Shown: positions 12,568-25,655, counted from the whole stretch's first letter. The stretch: 63,945 nt of DNA, filler included, from Lama guanicoe (GCA_013239625.1; 102 parts of 102 records of this genome joined end to end with filler, not necessarily neighbours in it); one strand, 5' to 3'. Numbers and translations are program-made. Notes: generated by a model from the sequence alone, not told the origin.

Positions 12568-13096
12568 CACCTGTGACTGAAGAGAGCTGCGTGGACTTGT
12601 CTCTCGAGCTCACCACGCTTTGACAATGGTTCCGGAATCCTGAGCTTGGGGAGGTTCCACCAACGGTCGGCAGCGCGTGGGTTCTAACGGATTTCCTAAG
12701 CTTTACTACCCTGGGTTTTTTCCTAATGTCTCTGTGCAGGGAATGCTAGGGGGGCTTGCAGGAAATCCCAGTGACCCAGGTTGCTTCCCCAAGGTCAGGG
12801 AAGGTATTTCCCAGAATTCCCCATAACAAGGAACAACTGTGACTGAAGAGAGCTGCGGGGACTTGTCTCTCGAGCTCACCCACGCACTGACAATGGTTCC
12901 GGAATCCTGAGCTTGGGGAGGTTCCACCAACGGTCGGCAGCGCGTGGGTTCTAACGGAATGCCTAAGCTCGTCTCCCCTGGGTTTTTTTCTAATGTTTCT
13001 TTCCCAGGGAATGCTAGCGGGGTTTGCAGGAAATCCCAGTGACCCAGGTTGCTTCCCCAAGGTCAGGGAAGGTATTTCCCAGAATTCCCCATAACA
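12568..13096 (-). repeat. Satellite A
   Basis: About 2 monomers, reverse orientation. Confidence 0.97.
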
Positions 13097-13196
13097 NNNN
13101 NNNNNNNNNNNNNNNNNNNNNNNNNNNNNNNNNNNNNNNNTTAATTAATTAANNNNNNNNNNNNNNNNNNNNNNNNNNNNNNNNNNNNNNNNNNNN

Positions 13197-13836
13197 ATTA
13201 TATAGAGTACAGAATACGGAATGTAGAATATAGAATACAGAATATAGAGTATAGAACACAGAATATAGAATACGGAAAACAGAATACAGAACGCAGAATT
13301 TAGAACATGGAATTCAGAACACAGAAATTAGAATATAGAATACGGAATACAGAATATAGAATAAAGTATATAGAATGCAGAAAACAGTACATAGACTATT
13401 GAAAACAGAATACAGAACACAGAATTTAGAACTTGGGATGCAGAACACAGAATTTCGTATATAGAACAAAGAATACTGAATATACAATTTGGAACATAGA
13501 ATGCGGAACAAAGAATATATAATATAGAATAGAGAATATAGAACCCAGGATTTAGAATATTAAATGCAGAACACAGTATTTAGTACATTGAATGCAGTAC
13601 ACCGAATTTAGAATATAGAATACAGAATACTGAATATAGAATTTATAATATAGCATGTAGAACACAGAATATAGAATGTAGAAAACGGAATGCAGAAAAG
13701 AGTATACAGAATATAGAATGTAGAACACAGAATATAGAATATGGGAAACAGAATGTTGAACACAGAATTTAGATCATGGCAGGCAGAACACAGAATTTAG
13801 AATATGGAATACAGAATACTGAAAATAGAATTTAGA
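13197..13836 (+). repeat. Satellite D
   Basis: TAGAATA-type heptamer array. Confidence 0.95.
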
Positions 13837-13936
13837 NNNNNNNNNNNNNNNNNNNNNNNNNNNNNNNNNNNNNNNNNNNNTTAATTAATTAANNNNNNNN
13901 NNNNNNNNNNNNNNNNNNNNNNNNNNNNNNNNNNNN

Positions 13937-14385
13937 CGCGTGGGTTCTAACGGAATGCCTGTGCTGGTCTCCCCTGAGGGTTTTCTTACTCTCTCTGTTC
14001 CAGGGAATACTAGGGGGGTTTGCAGGAAATCCCAGTGACAGAGGCTGCCTCCCCAACGTCAGGGAAGTTCTTTCTTGGACTTCCCCGGACAGGGAACACC
14101 TGTGACTGAAGACAGCTGCGTGGAGTTGTCTCTCGAGCTCCCTCACGCACTGACAATGGTTCCGGAATCCTGAGCGTGGGGAGGTTCCTCCAACGGTCGG
14201 CAGCGCGTGGGTTCTAACGGAATGCCTGTGCTGGTCTCCCCTGAGGGTTTTCTTACTCTCTCTGTTCCAGGGAATGCTAGGGGGTTTGCAGGAAATCCCT
14301 GTGACAGAGGCTGCCTCCCCAACGTCAGGGAAGTTCTTTCTTGGACTTCCCCGGACAGGGAACACCTGTGACTGAAGAGAGCTGC
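13937..14385 (-). repeat. Satellite A
   Basis: About 1.7 monomers, reverse orientation. Confidence 0.97.
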
Positions 14386-14804
14386 NNNNNNNNNNNNNNN
14401 NNNNNNNNNNNNNNNNNNNNNNNNNNNNNTTAATTAATTAANNNNNNNNNNNNNNNNNNNNNNNNNNNNNNNNNNNNNNNNNNNNGGAGAAAGCAATACA
14501 GCACGCACAGGCCCCGGTGTGATAGTGACTTGGGTCTTGGCCGTCACCAATAATGGTGAGAGACGGCAAGATCTCTGAGTGAACACGGCTATGTGGCTGT
14601 CTGAGGAGATGGGATTCATAGATCAGCTCAGAGAGGAGTCACTTGCCCCAGCACAGTGCTGACAGCAGAGGTGAGCCAGGGGCTTAGAAGGGCACACGTG
14701 CATTNNNNNNNNNNNNNNNNNNNNNNNNNNNNNNNNNNNNNNNNNNNNTTAATTAATTAANNNNNNNNNNNNNNNNNNNNNNNNNNNNNNNNNNNNNNNN
14801 NNNN

Positions 14805-15332
14805 TTGAAAAGATACCCAATGGTCTTGTAATGGAATAAACATTATGGTTAAAGTGGTCACAATACCCAAGGCAATCCACAGACTTAATGTGATTTCCTA
14901 TCAAATTATGCAAAACATTTCTTTTAAGAACTGAAATAAATGATGCTAAGATTTACATAGAGTCATAAAAGATCCATAATTTCCAAAACAATATTAAAGA
15001 AAAAGAAAGAGGCTGGAAGAATTAACCACCAGGTCTCCATATAGTATTGCAGAGTTACAATAATCAAAATGACATGACATTGGTACAGAAATAGTCATAT
15101 GGACCAATGGAACAGAATAGAGGGCCTAGGAATAAATCTACAGACCTATGTTCAATTAATCTTTGACAGAGTAGAAAGGAAAATGACAAAGAATGATGAT
15201 ACCTTCACCAACTGGCTTTGGGAAAACTGGATATCAGCATGCTGAGCAATGGAGTTAGAACACTCCACCACTTCATACACAAAAATAAACTCAAAATGGC
15301 TTGAAGACTTAAATGAAAGGCAAGACACAGTT
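14805..15332 (+). mobile_element. LINE-1 ORF2 fragment (post-RT region, decayed)
   Basis: tacccaaggcaatccacagacttaatg, ggaccaatggaacagaatagag, caattaatctttgacaga, gggaaaactggata, catacacaaaaataaactcaaaatgg. Confidence 0.92.
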
Positions 15333-15944
15333 NNNNNNNNNNNNNNNNNNNNNNNNNNNNNNNNNNNNNNNNNNNNTTAATTAATTAANNNNNNNNNNNN
15401 NNNNNNNNNNNNNNNNNNNNNNNNNNNNNNNNGCGGCCACCAGGGAGCTGCTGACTCCTGGGTCGTCAGTGGCGGGGGGGGTGGTGGTGAGAATCTATGA
15501 AATGCAGGTGCTTTTCTCTGTGCCTTTGTGGCCTCTGGGTCAGGGGGCTTCTCCTCCACCTCAGAGAGGCGGCTCTAGGAAGATGTTGGAATCGCACAGC
15601 ACACCCTGGGGGTGCGGGGGGAGGCGCGGGTTGCAAGTCAGTCTGAGGGAGGCTGCACCTACAGCGCCACCAGGCTGGGTGACTGCAGCCCTCAATCTTA
15701 AACGGGACAAATGACACAAGTGCTAAAGGCCGCCAGCCCTGCCCGAGCAGTGCCTGACACCCCAGGCTCCGGGCACGGGCCAGGACGCCCTCATTCAGCC
15801 CTAATGGATGGAGAGCCTTATGCAGTTCAGACCCACCTCTGGTAACACAGGACCAAAGCACAGATTAGCCTGTGAGGGTTGTGTGACTGCATCTTCTTTA
15901 AACCAAGGCTACACACGTGCCTCCAGCCTTTGCTGTTTATGGAT

Positions 15945-15987
15945 GGGGACCTCACACCTCTACCACTGAGCTACACCTTCCCCGCCT
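15945..15987 (-). mobile_element. Truncated Vic-1-like SINE 5' piece
   Basis: Reverse complement reads ggggaaggtgtagctcagtggtagagg (tRNA A-box head). Confidence 0.5.
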
Positions 15988-17243
15988 TACCTATGTCTTT
16001 AACCAAATATCCACCTTAACCCTGCCCAANNNNNNNNNNNNNNNNNNNNNNNNNNNNNNNNNNNNNNNNNNNNTTAATTAATTAANNNNNNNNNNNNNNN
16101 NNNNNNNNNNNNNNNNNNNNNNNNNNNNNATACCTCTTTTCCATCTCTTTATCTCCAGGTATCTTATTTGTATGTCCTCTGTTTGGGGCTGAAGGCTAAT
16201 CAGCAATAGTGTAGAAATTATTGCTTGATATTATTGATCTACTTTCTTTCCATGGATATTTGAATTATCATTGGATTTTAGGGAAGTTAACTTCTTTTAA
16301 AAAATTCTGGTATGTATCTTGTGGGTGATTATGAATCTCTTCATTAAGAATTATAATGCTTAGTTTCTGAATAAGCGATGCTCTCATAGAGCTCAAATTT
16401 CCAAAGGTTTGAGTGTCACCACTCTCCCAAAGCCTTTCAAACTTTTCCTTGGGGGCACTCAGAACTGTGTGTGTGTGTGTCTTTCTGGACTTAGTTTAGC
16501 ATGAAATGAGCAAAGGGAAGCACCCCCCTTTTTACAGAAACAGCAGACGACTTTCCCAATTATATAACTTTCAAAAATATATGAACTGTAATGTTGTAGA
16601 ATTTTACAANNNNNNNNNNNNNNNNNNNNNNNNNNNNNNNNNNNNNNNNNNNNTTAATTAATTAANNNNNNNNNNNNNNNNNNNNNNNNNNNNNNNNNNN
16701 NNNNNNNNNAGGTGTGATTTCAGGTGGTACATCCGCACCGGTGACTAGTGCTGGATGATGGTCTGTGTGAGGAATAGACAGAGTCTTACAAACTTCATAA
16801 AACAGCTTTAAAACTCTGCCATCTGAGTGCACTTCATATGGGGTCCAGTTCATGACTGGTCGCGCTGAGAGGGCACGAAACTGATGATGGCAGAAAGGAC
16901 ACGGAGGCATCAAATAGGTCTCAGTCATATTCCGTGTTTAGAGGATGGGGCACAGTGTAATATATTTTAGCTGGTTTTTCACTGAACACTTTTGAGTATT
17001 TTCTAGGACTCCCCAATCCCCCAAGGTTCCATGCAGCTGGGTATCCCCTCAGTGCAGCTCTGTCAGCACTTTCCCTGGGCTAATGCAGTGTCATGGGGAG
17101 CAGGACGGTCAGCGTCCCCGGCTCCTCCGAGCTCCATCTCCTCNNNNNNNNNNNNNNNNNNNNNNNNNNNNNNNNNNNNNNNNNNNNTTAATTAATTAAN
17201 NNNNNNNNNNNNNNNNNNNNNNNNNNNNNNNNNNNNNNNNNNN

Positions 17244-17618
17244 TCCGCTCTCCCGCCCCCGCCCCCGCCCCACGTGCGCAGGCTCAGTTCCCTGTAGGCC
17301 CGGGTGCGAGGAGCGGCTGCCCTAAACCCGCGCCGCCGCCGCCCTGCACCTGCTCGCCTCAGGCCGCCTGTTGACACCCGCCTAGTCATTCGCAGAAGCT
17401 TGGCCTCAGAGAAAAGAAGACATTTCGTAAAACTGACGAATTCGGATGAAACTTTGTGAACTTTCTTCCCAAACGCCAACGCTTCCAGTCTGGCATCTCG
17501 GCTCGGGAACAAGCCCCTCCAAGCAGTCCGAGTTCCTGGGGGCTGGGGTGCTCTCCGCCCCACGCCCGTCCTGACCCTCCAACCTCCTGGGCGCGGATCC
17601 CCGTCATTCTCCGTCATC
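17244..17618. promoter_or_regulatory. CpG-island / promoter-like fragment
   Basis: High GC and CpG; tandem CCGCCC GC-boxes, CACGTG E-box and TGCGCAGGC NRF1-like site at 17250-17285; (GCC)n run. Confidence 0.6.
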
Positions 17619-17821
17619 NNNNNNNNNNNNNNNNNNNNNNNNNNNNNNNNNNNNNNNNNNNNTTAATTAATTAANNNNNNNNNNNNNNNNNNNNNNNNNN
17701 NNNNNNNNNNNNNNNNNNATAGTTTGGAATTTAAGATTAGTCATTCCAATTCCTGAAGTACCAGTTTGAAAAGGCAAAATTATTTTAAAAGACTAAGCAC
17801 AAATATTACCTAAAAACATTA

Positions 17822-17983
<162 letters not shown>

Positions 17984-18303
17984 CTAAGGAAGAAAGTTTT
18001 ACTAGAAATTTCAGTAACAACTGAAATTAGAAAATCAATATGGTTACAATATGGCACCATTCAAACACAATATTTTATGGAACATTTCACTGACTATAAA
18101 CACACATTGCTATTTTATGAATCACTGAGGAAAAAAAACCCACTGCCAAGTAACGTATGAAATATTATCACTTAGAATTTTAATTTTAAATTAATGAATG
18201 AAANNNNNNNNNNNNNNNNNNNNNNNNNNNNNNNNNNNNNNNNNNNNTTAATTAATTAANNNNNNNNNNNNNNNNNNNNNNNNNNNNNNNNNNNNNNNNN
18301 NNN

Positions 18304-18873
18304 GGCCAGGGAATGTTAGCGGGGGTTTCAGGTATTCCCAGTTAGAGAGGTTTACTCCCGAAGTTCAGGGAAGTTATTTCTGGGACTTCCCCCTAAAAGG
18401 GAACACCTGTGACTGATGAGAGCTGCGTGGAGTTGTCTGTCGAGTTCCCCACGCAGTGAAAATTTTTTCGGAAAGCTGAGTGTCGGGAGTTTCCACCAAT
18501 GGTCGTCACGCGTGGGTTCTAATGGAATGCTTTAGCTCGTCACCCCTGGATTTTCCTAATGTCTCTGTGCCAGGGAGCACGAGGGGTGTTTACAGGAAAT
18601 CCCAGGACAGAGGCTGCCTCCCTAAGGACAGGGAAGTTAGTTCTCGGACTTCCCACGGACTGGGAAGTCCTGTGACTGAAGTGAGCTGCGTGGAGTTGTC
18701 TCTCGAGCTCCCCCTCGCACTGATTACATTTCCGGAATCCTGAGCGTGGGGAGGTTCCACCAACGGTCGGCAGCCCGTGGGTTCTAACGGATTGCCTAAG
18801 CTCGTCTTCCCTGAGTGTTTTCCAAATGTCAGGATTCCAGGTAATGCTAGGGATCTGCGCTGCAATTCCCAGG
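18304..18873 (-). repeat. Satellite A, diverged copy
   Basis: About 2 monomers with many substitutions. Confidence 0.95.
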
Positions 18874-18973
18874 NNNNNNNNNNNNNNNNNNNNNNNNNNN
18901 NNNNNNNNNNNNNNNNNTTAATTAATTAANNNNNNNNNNNNNNNNNNNNNNNNNNNNNNNNNNNNNNNNNNNN

Positions 18974-19520
18974 AAATAGAAATGAAGTTAACAAATAAGG
19001 AGAAAACATATACTTTAAGAAAAAACCATTGATGAAGGAAATTAAAACTGATCCAAAGAAATGAAAAGATCTCTTATGTTAATGATATGAAACAATGTGG
19101 TTGAAACAACCATACTACCGAAAGTAATCTACATATAGTGTGATTCATGTCAAAATACCCATTAGATTTTTCCATTTATTAGAGCAAATAATTTCAAAAT
19201 TTTACATAACCACATAGATCATGAGTTGCCAAAATAATGTTGAAAATGTGTATTAAGTCTAATAGTGTGAAGTTCTCTGATGTTAAACAGTCCTACAAAG
19301 CTTTAGTAATTTAAACAACATGATACAGGCTCAAAAACAGACACCAATCAATAGAAGAGAATAGAGCAACCAGATATAATCCCTCACAAATATGATCAAT
19401 TAACCCATGATAAAGGAAGCAAGAGTATAAAATGAAGATTAGACATTCTCCTCATTAAGTAGTGCAGGGGATATTGAACATGTAAAAGATACGTTAGAAT
19501 AGTTCCTCACATTTTATACA
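18974..19520 (+). mobile_element. LINE-1 ORF2 fragment (decayed)
   Basis: ttgatgaaggaaattaaa, catactaccgaaagtaatctaca, ctacaaagctttagtaat, ctcaaaaacagacac, tatgatcaattaacccatgataaagg. Confidence 0.88.
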
Positions 19521-20830
19521 ATTCATAAGCACAGAATATCAGTTTATTTTGTTTATAATTCTTGCACCTGTAATTTATAGATCTATGTTTAGATCTTTTA
19601 TNNNNNNNNNNNNNNNNNNNNNNNNNNNNNNNNNNNNNNNNNNNNTTAATTAATTAANNNNNNNNNNNNNNNNNNNNNNNNNNNNNNNNNNNNNNNNNNN
19701 NACTCTTCCCTCTTTAAACCTATAGTCAAAAATATACGAGTTTTTTTTTTAATTTCCTCTTTCACAATTTAGAGAAAATCTGTATCTTTTCAAGTCTTTC
19801 CTAAAGGATGCCATTGTGAAAGCTTCTAATTCCATCGTAGTCTGTGGGTTCTATTCTATTTTATATATGATTTGGGGGGAATAGAACCAGAGTGTATTTT
19901 CTCTTATTTATTGGAGATACATGACTCTTCTACTCTTGAATAATGTCACATTCTACCTACCACATATATCATAGAGAGGAAAATGCCCTGAAAATTGATC
20001 ATGGCCCTTTCCTCACTTTATGTTTGAGCAAATTAATCTCTCAGGTATACTGTATTTCATTTAGGTGGTGATTTTTCTGGAAAATGGAAAGTATGAAATA
20101 AAGGTCTCTAAATTCCTATGACTATTGCATAAGAATGTTAAAACACAAGTATCAGCAGCCCTTAAATATGAAGGTGATAGCTGATCTCATATGGGCAGGC
20201 TCAGGAAATTTCTTGAGATAGGACTATCTGAAAAGAAGAAACAGCAGTTTCTACAGAAAGAAGGAAGCATCAAAAACAAGAGAAGTGACCTCGTGGAAGG
20301 GACTTCCTGTGACCAATGGGCTTGATGAGTTTTGAAATTTTAGACCCAGTTTGATGACAGCTCCTCCTTTATATTCTAATTTCTCCCTAANNNNNNNNNN
20401 NNNNNNNNNNNNNNNNNNNNNNNNNNNNNNNNNNTTAATTAATTAANNNNNNNNNNNNNNNNNNNNNNNNNNNNNNNNNNNNNNNNNNNNATATGTCCTT
20501 TACCAAGAGAAGAAAAGAGACCACTTGCAGTAGGAGATCAGTATATGGACAGCAGTGGTTGTTCCTACAACAGAAACATCAAGATTTTAAGTTTGTCAGC
20601 ACAACTATGATGGTGGCTATGTTGTTGTTTACATTAGCAGTCTGGGGTTCAGATGGGATGTTTCAGCAGCTAGTTTCCACTTCTCTTATTAGACAGTGGG
20701 TCTTACCGTGATCATCTTAACAACGTTCTANNNNNNNNNNNNNNNNNNNNNNNNNNNNNNNNNNNNNNNNNNNNTTAATTAATTAANNNNNNNNNNNNNN
20801 NNNNNNNNNNNNNNNNNNNNNNNNNNNNNN

Positions 20831-21221
20831 CATGAGGGGAGACGATCGTTCATTCAGTACAAAGGGAACGGGTGGCAGGAGAAACACTCTGGTTTCTTAG
20901 TCTGATTCCTAGTGCCGGTTAGAAGTGCCTGCCGTTTTCACTGTAAAACCGGGTTGGAGCTTGTACCTCCCATATATATGTATGGAGTGGAGTTTGCAAC
21001 TGAAAAGAAACTTTGTGTTCCCTTCAAGCAAGGTGAAGGACGGCTTTCACACACACATATCTCTCAGAAATGAGCATGTGGAGAGACGTTCGTTCATGCA
21101 GCACAAAGGGAACGGGTTGCAGGAGAAACAGTGAGTCTGGTTTCTCAGTATGTTTCCTAGTGCCGGTTTGACGTGCCTGTCTTTTTCACTGTAAAACCGA
21201 GTTGGAGCTTGTACCTCCCCA
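20831..21221 (+). repeat. Satellite B
   Basis: gagcatgtggagagacgttcgttc...ctgtaaaaccgagttggagcttgtacctcccca. Confidence 0.96.
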
Positions 21222-21377
21222 NNNNNNNNNNNNNNNNNNNNNNNNNNNNNNNNNNNNNNNNNNNNTTAATTAATTAANNNNNNNNNNNNNNNNNNNNNNN
21301 NNNNNNNNNNNNNNNNNNNNNGCACACAGCAGAGTATGTACCTCGATCTCCTCTCCCCTCTCGGCAGGGCATGCAAC

Positions 21378-21795
21378 ATGAGGATCCCTGACTACGTGCA
21401 GTGTGCTGAGGACCACCAGACTCGTCCCGTTGTGTTCCAATCCATAGAGATAATCTCAGAGGAGAATTTCTTTTGCATCTATCAGCTACTCACCTTGGTG
21501 AGCCATATCAGCCCATGCGGCTCCCAGTGGACACTCTGTATCCACTACAGGCACCACTATGTGCCCTACAGTGGGTGGAGCATCTTCCAGACCCACCACA
21601 AGGTCGTGGGCCTTGTCACCATTACCGACTGTCTCTCTGCCAAGGCCTTCGAGAAGCTCCACGTGCAGAGGAGCAGTATGGCACCTCGTTTAATGACTCT
21701 TAGCTTTTTGTCTTTGTGCTGCATGGGGAGGTAGCCGAGCAGCCGTGCACCGACTTTGCCTTCAAACTAAGAGGACTGCAGGGTGGTGGAGAAGA
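21378..21795 (+). pseudogene. TRAPPC9: TRAPPC9 (NIBP) N-terminal pseudogene fragment
   Basis: Translates to [91 protein letters not shown], colinear with the TRAPPC9 N-terminus as I recall it ([68 protein letters not shown]..). Lesions: in-frame deletion, frameshifts near 21669 and 21765, TAG at 21701-21703. Confidence 0.93.
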
Positions 21796-21895
21796 NNNNN
21801 NNNNNNNNNNNNNNNNNNNNNNNNNNNNNNNNNNNNNNNTTAATTAATTAANNNNNNNNNNNNNNNNNNNNNNNNNNNNNNNNNNNNNNNNNNNN

Positions 21896-22619
21896 AGTCA
21901 CAGGTGTTCCCTGTTCGGGGAAGTCCGAGAAATAATTACCCTGATCTTGGGGAGGCAGCCTCTGTCACTGGGATATCTTGCAAACTCCCCTAGCATTCCC
22001 TGGCACAGAGACATTAGGAAAACACTCAGGGGAAACGAGCTTAGGCTTTCCGTTAGAACCCACGCGCTGCCGACCGTTGGTGGAACCTCCCCACGCTCAG
22101 GATTCCGGAAATATTGTCAGTGTGTGGGGGAGCTCGAGAGACAACTCCACGCAGCTCTCATCAGTCACAGGTGTTCCCTGTACGGGTAAGTCAGAGAAAT
22201 AAATTCCCTTAAATTGGGGAGGCAGCCTCTGCCTCTGGGATAGCCTGCAAACCCCCCTAGCATTCCCTGGCACAGAGACATTAGGAAAACCCTCAGGGGA
22301 GACGAGCTTAGGCTTTCCGTTAGAACCCACGCGCGGCCGACCGTTGGTGGAACCTCACCACGCTCAGGATTCCGGAATTATTGTCAGTGTGTGGGGGAGC
22401 TCGAGAGACAACTCCACGCAGCTCTCATCAGTCACAGGTGTTCCCTGTTCGGGGAAGTCCGAGAAATACCTTCCCTGAACTTGGGGAGGCAGCCTCTGTC
22501 ACTGGGATATCTGCTAACCACCCTAGAATTCCCTGGCACCGAGATATTAGGAAAACCCACAAGGGAGACTAGCTTATGCTTTCCGTTAGAACCCACGCGC
22601 TGCCGACCGTTGGTGGAAC
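21896..22619 (+). repeat. Satellite A
   Basis: About 2.7 monomers. Confidence 0.97.
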
Positions 22620-22719
22620 NNNNNNNNNNNNNNNNNNNNNNNNNNNNNNNNNNNNNNNNNNNNTTAATTAATTAANNNNNNNNNNNNNNNNNNNNNNNNN
22701 NNNNNNNNNNNNNNNNNNN

Positions 22720-23154
22720 ATTCTGTGTTCTATACTCTAAATTCTGTGTTCTGCATTCCATGTTCTAATTTATGGGTTCTGTATTCTGTTTCCCATATTC
22801 TATATTCTGTGTATTACATTCTATAATCTAAAGTCTATATTCAGTATTCTGTATTCTATATTCTAAATTCTGTGTTCTGCATTCCATGTTCTAATTTATG
22901 GGTTCTGTATTCTGTTTCCCATATTCTATATTCTGTGTATTACATTCTATAATCTAAAGTCTATATTCAGTATTCTGTATTCTATATTCTAAATTCTGTG
23001 TTCTGCATTCCATACACTTAATGCTGGGTGGTATATACTCTATTCTATATTCTGTGGTCTGCATTCTATATTCTAAATTCTATACTCTGTATTCTGTATT
23101 CTATATTTATTTCTGTGTTATACATTCTATATTCTAATCATTATATTCAGAATT
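22720..23154 (-). repeat. Satellite D with 126-bp higher-order period
   Basis: attctgtgttctgcattcca at 22741, 22867, 22993. Confidence 0.95.
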
Positions 23155-23695
23155 NNNNNNNNNNNNNNNNNNNNNNNNNNNNNNNNNNNNNNNNNNNNTT
23201 AATTAATTAANNNNNNNNNNNNNNNNNNNNNNNNNNNNNNNNNNNNNNNNNNNNGTAATGAAAAATACTAAGCAAATTAAGTCTGAACAGAAATATCGCT
23301 GTGTCTATAATACTGAGAAATCCTTTAAGTTATTGATGGAGTCTAGGAAGTGATGAGGGTGTGATGTTTTTTCTCACAGTTGGTCTAGCCAAAGATTTTT
23401 TTTAATCAGAGATCTATTGGTCAGGAAGAAAGCACAATTTGCAAATAGTATAATATTTGTGGAAACTATGCAATTGAGGATTAAATGCCAAAGGGCATTC
23501 AAACCAAAATTAAACAGTGTACCTGCAGAAAAAAACTAGCTTGTGCTACATTTGACCTCAGGATAAGCAGTGCTGATATCCAAAATTTCTGGAAAATGTC
23601 TACAAGTAAAAAAATGTGAGTGGAGCTGTCCCTGTTGGCAAGTACAACAGAGAGGTGACTGTCATAAATGGCAATGCACTGTCATCAAGTGTTTT

Positions 23696-23704
23696 GTGTG
23701 TGTC

Positions 23705-23739
<35 letters not shown>

Positions 23740-23749
23740 TGTGTGTGTT
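23696..23749. repeat. (TG)n microsatellite
   Basis: Interrupted TG dinucleotide run. Confidence 0.95.
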
Positions 23750-23939
23750 TGGAAGGGCATAAAAATGAGGTCTTAGCCAAAGGGAATGTCTGGGGTTGTC
23801 TTAAAATGAACCTCTCTCAAGACAATGTTGGAGAGGCAGNNNNNNNNNNNNNNNNNNNNNNNNNNNNNNNNNNNNNNNNNNNNTTAATTAATTAANNNNN
23901 NNNNNNNNNNNNNNNNNNNNNNNNNNNNNNNNNNNNNNN

Positions 23940-24599
23940 ATTCAGTATTCTGCATTCTATATTCTATATTCTGTGTTCTGCATTCTATGTTGTAAACTCT
24001 ATATTCAGTATTCTGTATATTATATTCTAAATTCTGTGTTCTGCATTCTATATTCTAAATTCTATATTCAGTATTCTGTATCCTATATTCCAAATCCTGT
24101 GTTCTGCATTCTATATTCTAAATTCTATATTCAGTATTCTGTATCCTATATTCCAAATCCTGTGTTCTGCATTCTATATTCTAAATTCTATATTCAGTAT
24201 TCTGTATCCTATATTCCAAATCCTGTGTTCTGCATTCTATATTCTAAATTCTATATTCAGTATTCTGTATCCTATATTCCAAATCCTGTGTTCTGCATTC
24301 TATATTCTAAATTCTGTGTTCTGCATTCCATGTTCTACATTCTGGATTCTGTATTCTGTATTCCATATTCTATATACTGTTTTCTACAATCTATATTCCG
24401 TATTCTACATTCTGCATTCCTAATTCTATATACAATATTCTGTGTTTTACATTCAATATTCTAAATCCTGTATTCAGTATTCCGTATGCTATATTGTAAA
24501 TTCTGTGTTCTGCATTCCATGTTCTACATTCTGGGATCTATAAAATATACTCTATATTCTATATTCTGTGTTCTACACTCTATATTCTAAATACTATAT
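23940..24599 (-). repeat. Satellite D with 63-bp higher-order period
   Basis: A 63-bp block repeated about 4 times (the 21-aa repeat FCILYSKFYIQYSVSYIPNPV in the spurious ORF). Confidence 0.95.
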
Positions 24600-24699
24600 N
24601 NNNNNNNNNNNNNNNNNNNNNNNNNNNNNNNNNNNNNNNNNNNTTAATTAATTAANNNNNNNNNNNNNNNNNNNNNNNNNNNNNNNNNNNNNNNNNNNN

Positions 24700-25050
24700 T
24701 GGGGCACAGGTGTTCCAAGGTTGGGGAAGTAATTTAAAACCATCCACTGCAAACAGAGATGCACTCGCTAATACTTGGTTTTAGAGCCCATCCCCCACCA
24801 TCGCTTACTGCAAGGCCTAGGAAAACACTTAGGGAAGTCAAGCTAAGGGATTCTATTAAAAGCCAGGTGCTGCTGTCTGTTGGAGGAACCTCCCCACACT
24901 CAAGACATCTGAACCCAATGCCGTGTGTGTGCTGGAGGTGGGGAAACAGATTCCACGCATCTTTATGGGGCACAGGTGTTCCAAGGTTGGGGAAGTAATT
25001 TAAAACCATCCACTGCAAACAGAGATGCACTCGCTAATACTTGGTTTAGA
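24700..25050 (+). repeat. Satellite C (266-bp monomer, diverged relative of A)
   Basis: tggggcacaggtgttccaaggttggggaag at 24700 and 24966. Confidence 0.93.
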
Positions 25051-25655
25051 TCCAAATCCCAAATTTCCCCCGCACACCGGCATTTTCAATCCATCATGGA
25101 AGACAAGTTAATGTATTGTATTAGAACCCAGNNNNNNNNNNNNNNNNNNNNNNNNNNNNNNNNNNNNNNNNNNNNTTAATTAATTAANNNNNNNNNNNNN
25201 NNNNNNNNNNNNNNNNNNNNNNNNNNNNNNNTCACAATTCCTGCAAATGGGAACGTCTTACAAAGTGCACACACATACAGAATATTGATAGAAACAACTG
25301 AAAGGACCTTTCAAAACACCTTTTTAGTTTCTGTTCCCTGCACGTTCCTGTGGCAGATGCACACTCAACTCAAACTTCGAATTCCCCTCAGAGCTTCACT
25401 CAAAACCCTTAATTTCAGAAATTCTATCTCCTTCCACAAAAGGACCCAGATACACCCCATGGCCCTGCCTTGCTTTATTTTTCATCCTAGAACTTACGAA
25501 CAAGTTAGATATGTGGCAACAGTGGGGAGCTTGCTTGTCCTCTGTCTCCTTTCAANNNNNNNNNNNNNNNNNNNNNNNNNNNNNNNNNNNNNNNNNNNNT
25601 TAATTAATTAANNNNNNNNNNNNNNNNNNNNNNNNNNNNNNNNNNNNNNNNNNNN

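Noticed and set aside
21336..21734. 132-aa ORF as a functional TRAPPC9 CDS
   Set aside because: Frameshift near 21669 loses homology; in-frame deletion, a stop in the homologous frame and many substitutions at conserved sites
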